Positions 62,635 through 64,000 of a stretch of DNA of 64,000 nt are shown here, piece by piece (within the stretch, counting starts at the first letter, position 1; the number at the start of each line of letters is the position of its first letter). Origin of the DNA: Octopus sinensis (Eukaryota); NCBI RefSeq assembly GCF_006345805.1, contig NC_043000.1, positions 103,974,001 through 104,038,000 on the forward strand. Direction: 5' to 3'. The position numbers were made by a program, and so were the translations under genes. The notes under the pieces were generated by a model that was not told the origin of the DNA, did not search any database, and saw nothing but the letters and a program-made list of their open reading frames with translations.

Positions 62635-64000
62635 AAAAGAGTTTACATTCTTATGACGGTAGGACAATCTAAGGGCACAAAGTCCTGAATAAATAATTAT
62701 AATAATAATCCTTTCTATTGTAGGCACAAGGCCTGAAATTTATGGGGAGGGGGCTAGTATTACATTGACCCCAGTGCTTATCTGGTATTCAATTTATCAA
62801 CCCTGAAAGGATGAAAGGCAAAATTGATCTCAGCAAAATTTTAACTCAAAATGTAAAGACAGACGAAATGCTGCTAAGCATTTTGCCCAGCATGGTAATG
62901 ATTCAACCAGCTTGCTGTGTTAATAATTATGATAATGATGGTAATGATGACAACAATCATGATAACATTGTCTCTGCTGCAACTGATGGCAACAGTTTCT
63001 CACTTCTTAGAGAAGAGAATTAATTTTAGACTATTGCTCATTAGTAAATCTGTTAGAACAACCATAATATTGCTTAGTAGACTTTTTAATTATTATTTCT
63101 TGTATTGTGGATTTAACATTTTGGTAAATGTATCAATGAATGAGCCAATGAGTGTGGTGCTATGTGGTCACTCAAACTCCCACTAATAGCAACCAAATCT
63201 TCAAACAACATTATGCCACCTTAAAAATGGATGGACACATTCAATTATATAGTCAGTCTAAAAAAAGAATGTAGCTTGGTCTAAAAAGAAGAATTCCATG
63301 GTCATGAATACAATGCTTTTGATCATAGGTCTGCTTAATCATGTCTGACCTGGAGCTAAACAATATTAACAATAATGGATTGTAGAACCAAAGTAGACAT
63401 GGAAGTTTCATTCTGTATATGAAAAAGGGACTTGTACCCCGAGATAAACTACATCCATGACCCACTTTGATAGTAGTTATTTCATTTACCTCTCTAATAA
63501 CATTTGTAAAACATGGCTGTCATAATTACTTTACACTATCTTCTGAATTCTATATACTTAATTGCCCATCAATACTAACATCAAACAGTAAAATAATTCA
63601 TTTAGATGAGATGAATAAATAAAATGGTGAATCTTTGTTCTTTTGATACAAGGAAAATTATCATAATCGTGATGTTGAGTTCATTGAATGAATTTACTTC
63701 AGTGTATTACTGGTGTTTATTTTCTTATCCCAAGCTTATTGAAGATGCTGATGGTAAGGGTTCTAGTTACAACAGTGATTGTGGTAGTGGTGATGATCCA
63801 GACTGTGAAGATTCTGTACCATTTACTATTGAAATATTCTTTACTTTGATTACTGTTCTTCTTTGAACAACTTAACCATTTGGCACCAACGATGAATTAA
63901 TGAGAAAATGGTGTCCAGTCCCAATTCACCTTTCAATCTTGACAATGATGACAATGAGTGATGCTGATGTACTCCAGGGAATTGTGACTATGATGAATAT

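Overview
AT-rich eukaryotic genomic DNA, very probably from an octopus or another coleoid cephalopod (inferred from the interspersed repeat families and the dense (TA)n microsatellites; not confirmed by a search). The only well-supported host gene is a ZNF704/ZNF395 (HDBP/Glut4EF, C-clamp) family transcription factor on the + strand. Its first coding exon is 7348-7952 and ends at a GTAAGT donor. I recognised no downstream zinc-finger or C-clamp exon, so the remaining ~56 kb is most simply one very long intron. A CpG-rich promoter zone lies upstream (~2.4-7.2 kb) and may be bidirectional, with a candidate first exon of a divergent gene at 3090-3222 (-). The intron is packed with mobile-element material: a young 5'-truncated CR1-like LINE RT running into a 100-N gap, several RTE-LINE relics, a decayed Penelope-like element ending in a minimal hammerhead ribozyme, Ty3/Gypsy and mariner relics, MITEs and many tRNA-derived SINEs. 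The most notable structures are two GG-terminated inverted-repeat elements with 8-bp target-site duplications (one a 1.36-kb modular foldback nested in a SINE), two SINEs with twin-priming-like 5' inversions, a candidate 6-nt microexon with an upstream UGC, and a sharp switch from CpG-rich to CpG-depleted sequence near 29.3 kb. I found no CRISPR array or rRNA, and no intact tRNA gene. Most ORFs in the supplied track are artefacts of simple repeats. I saw no clearly new biological system; the findings are testable hypotheses.
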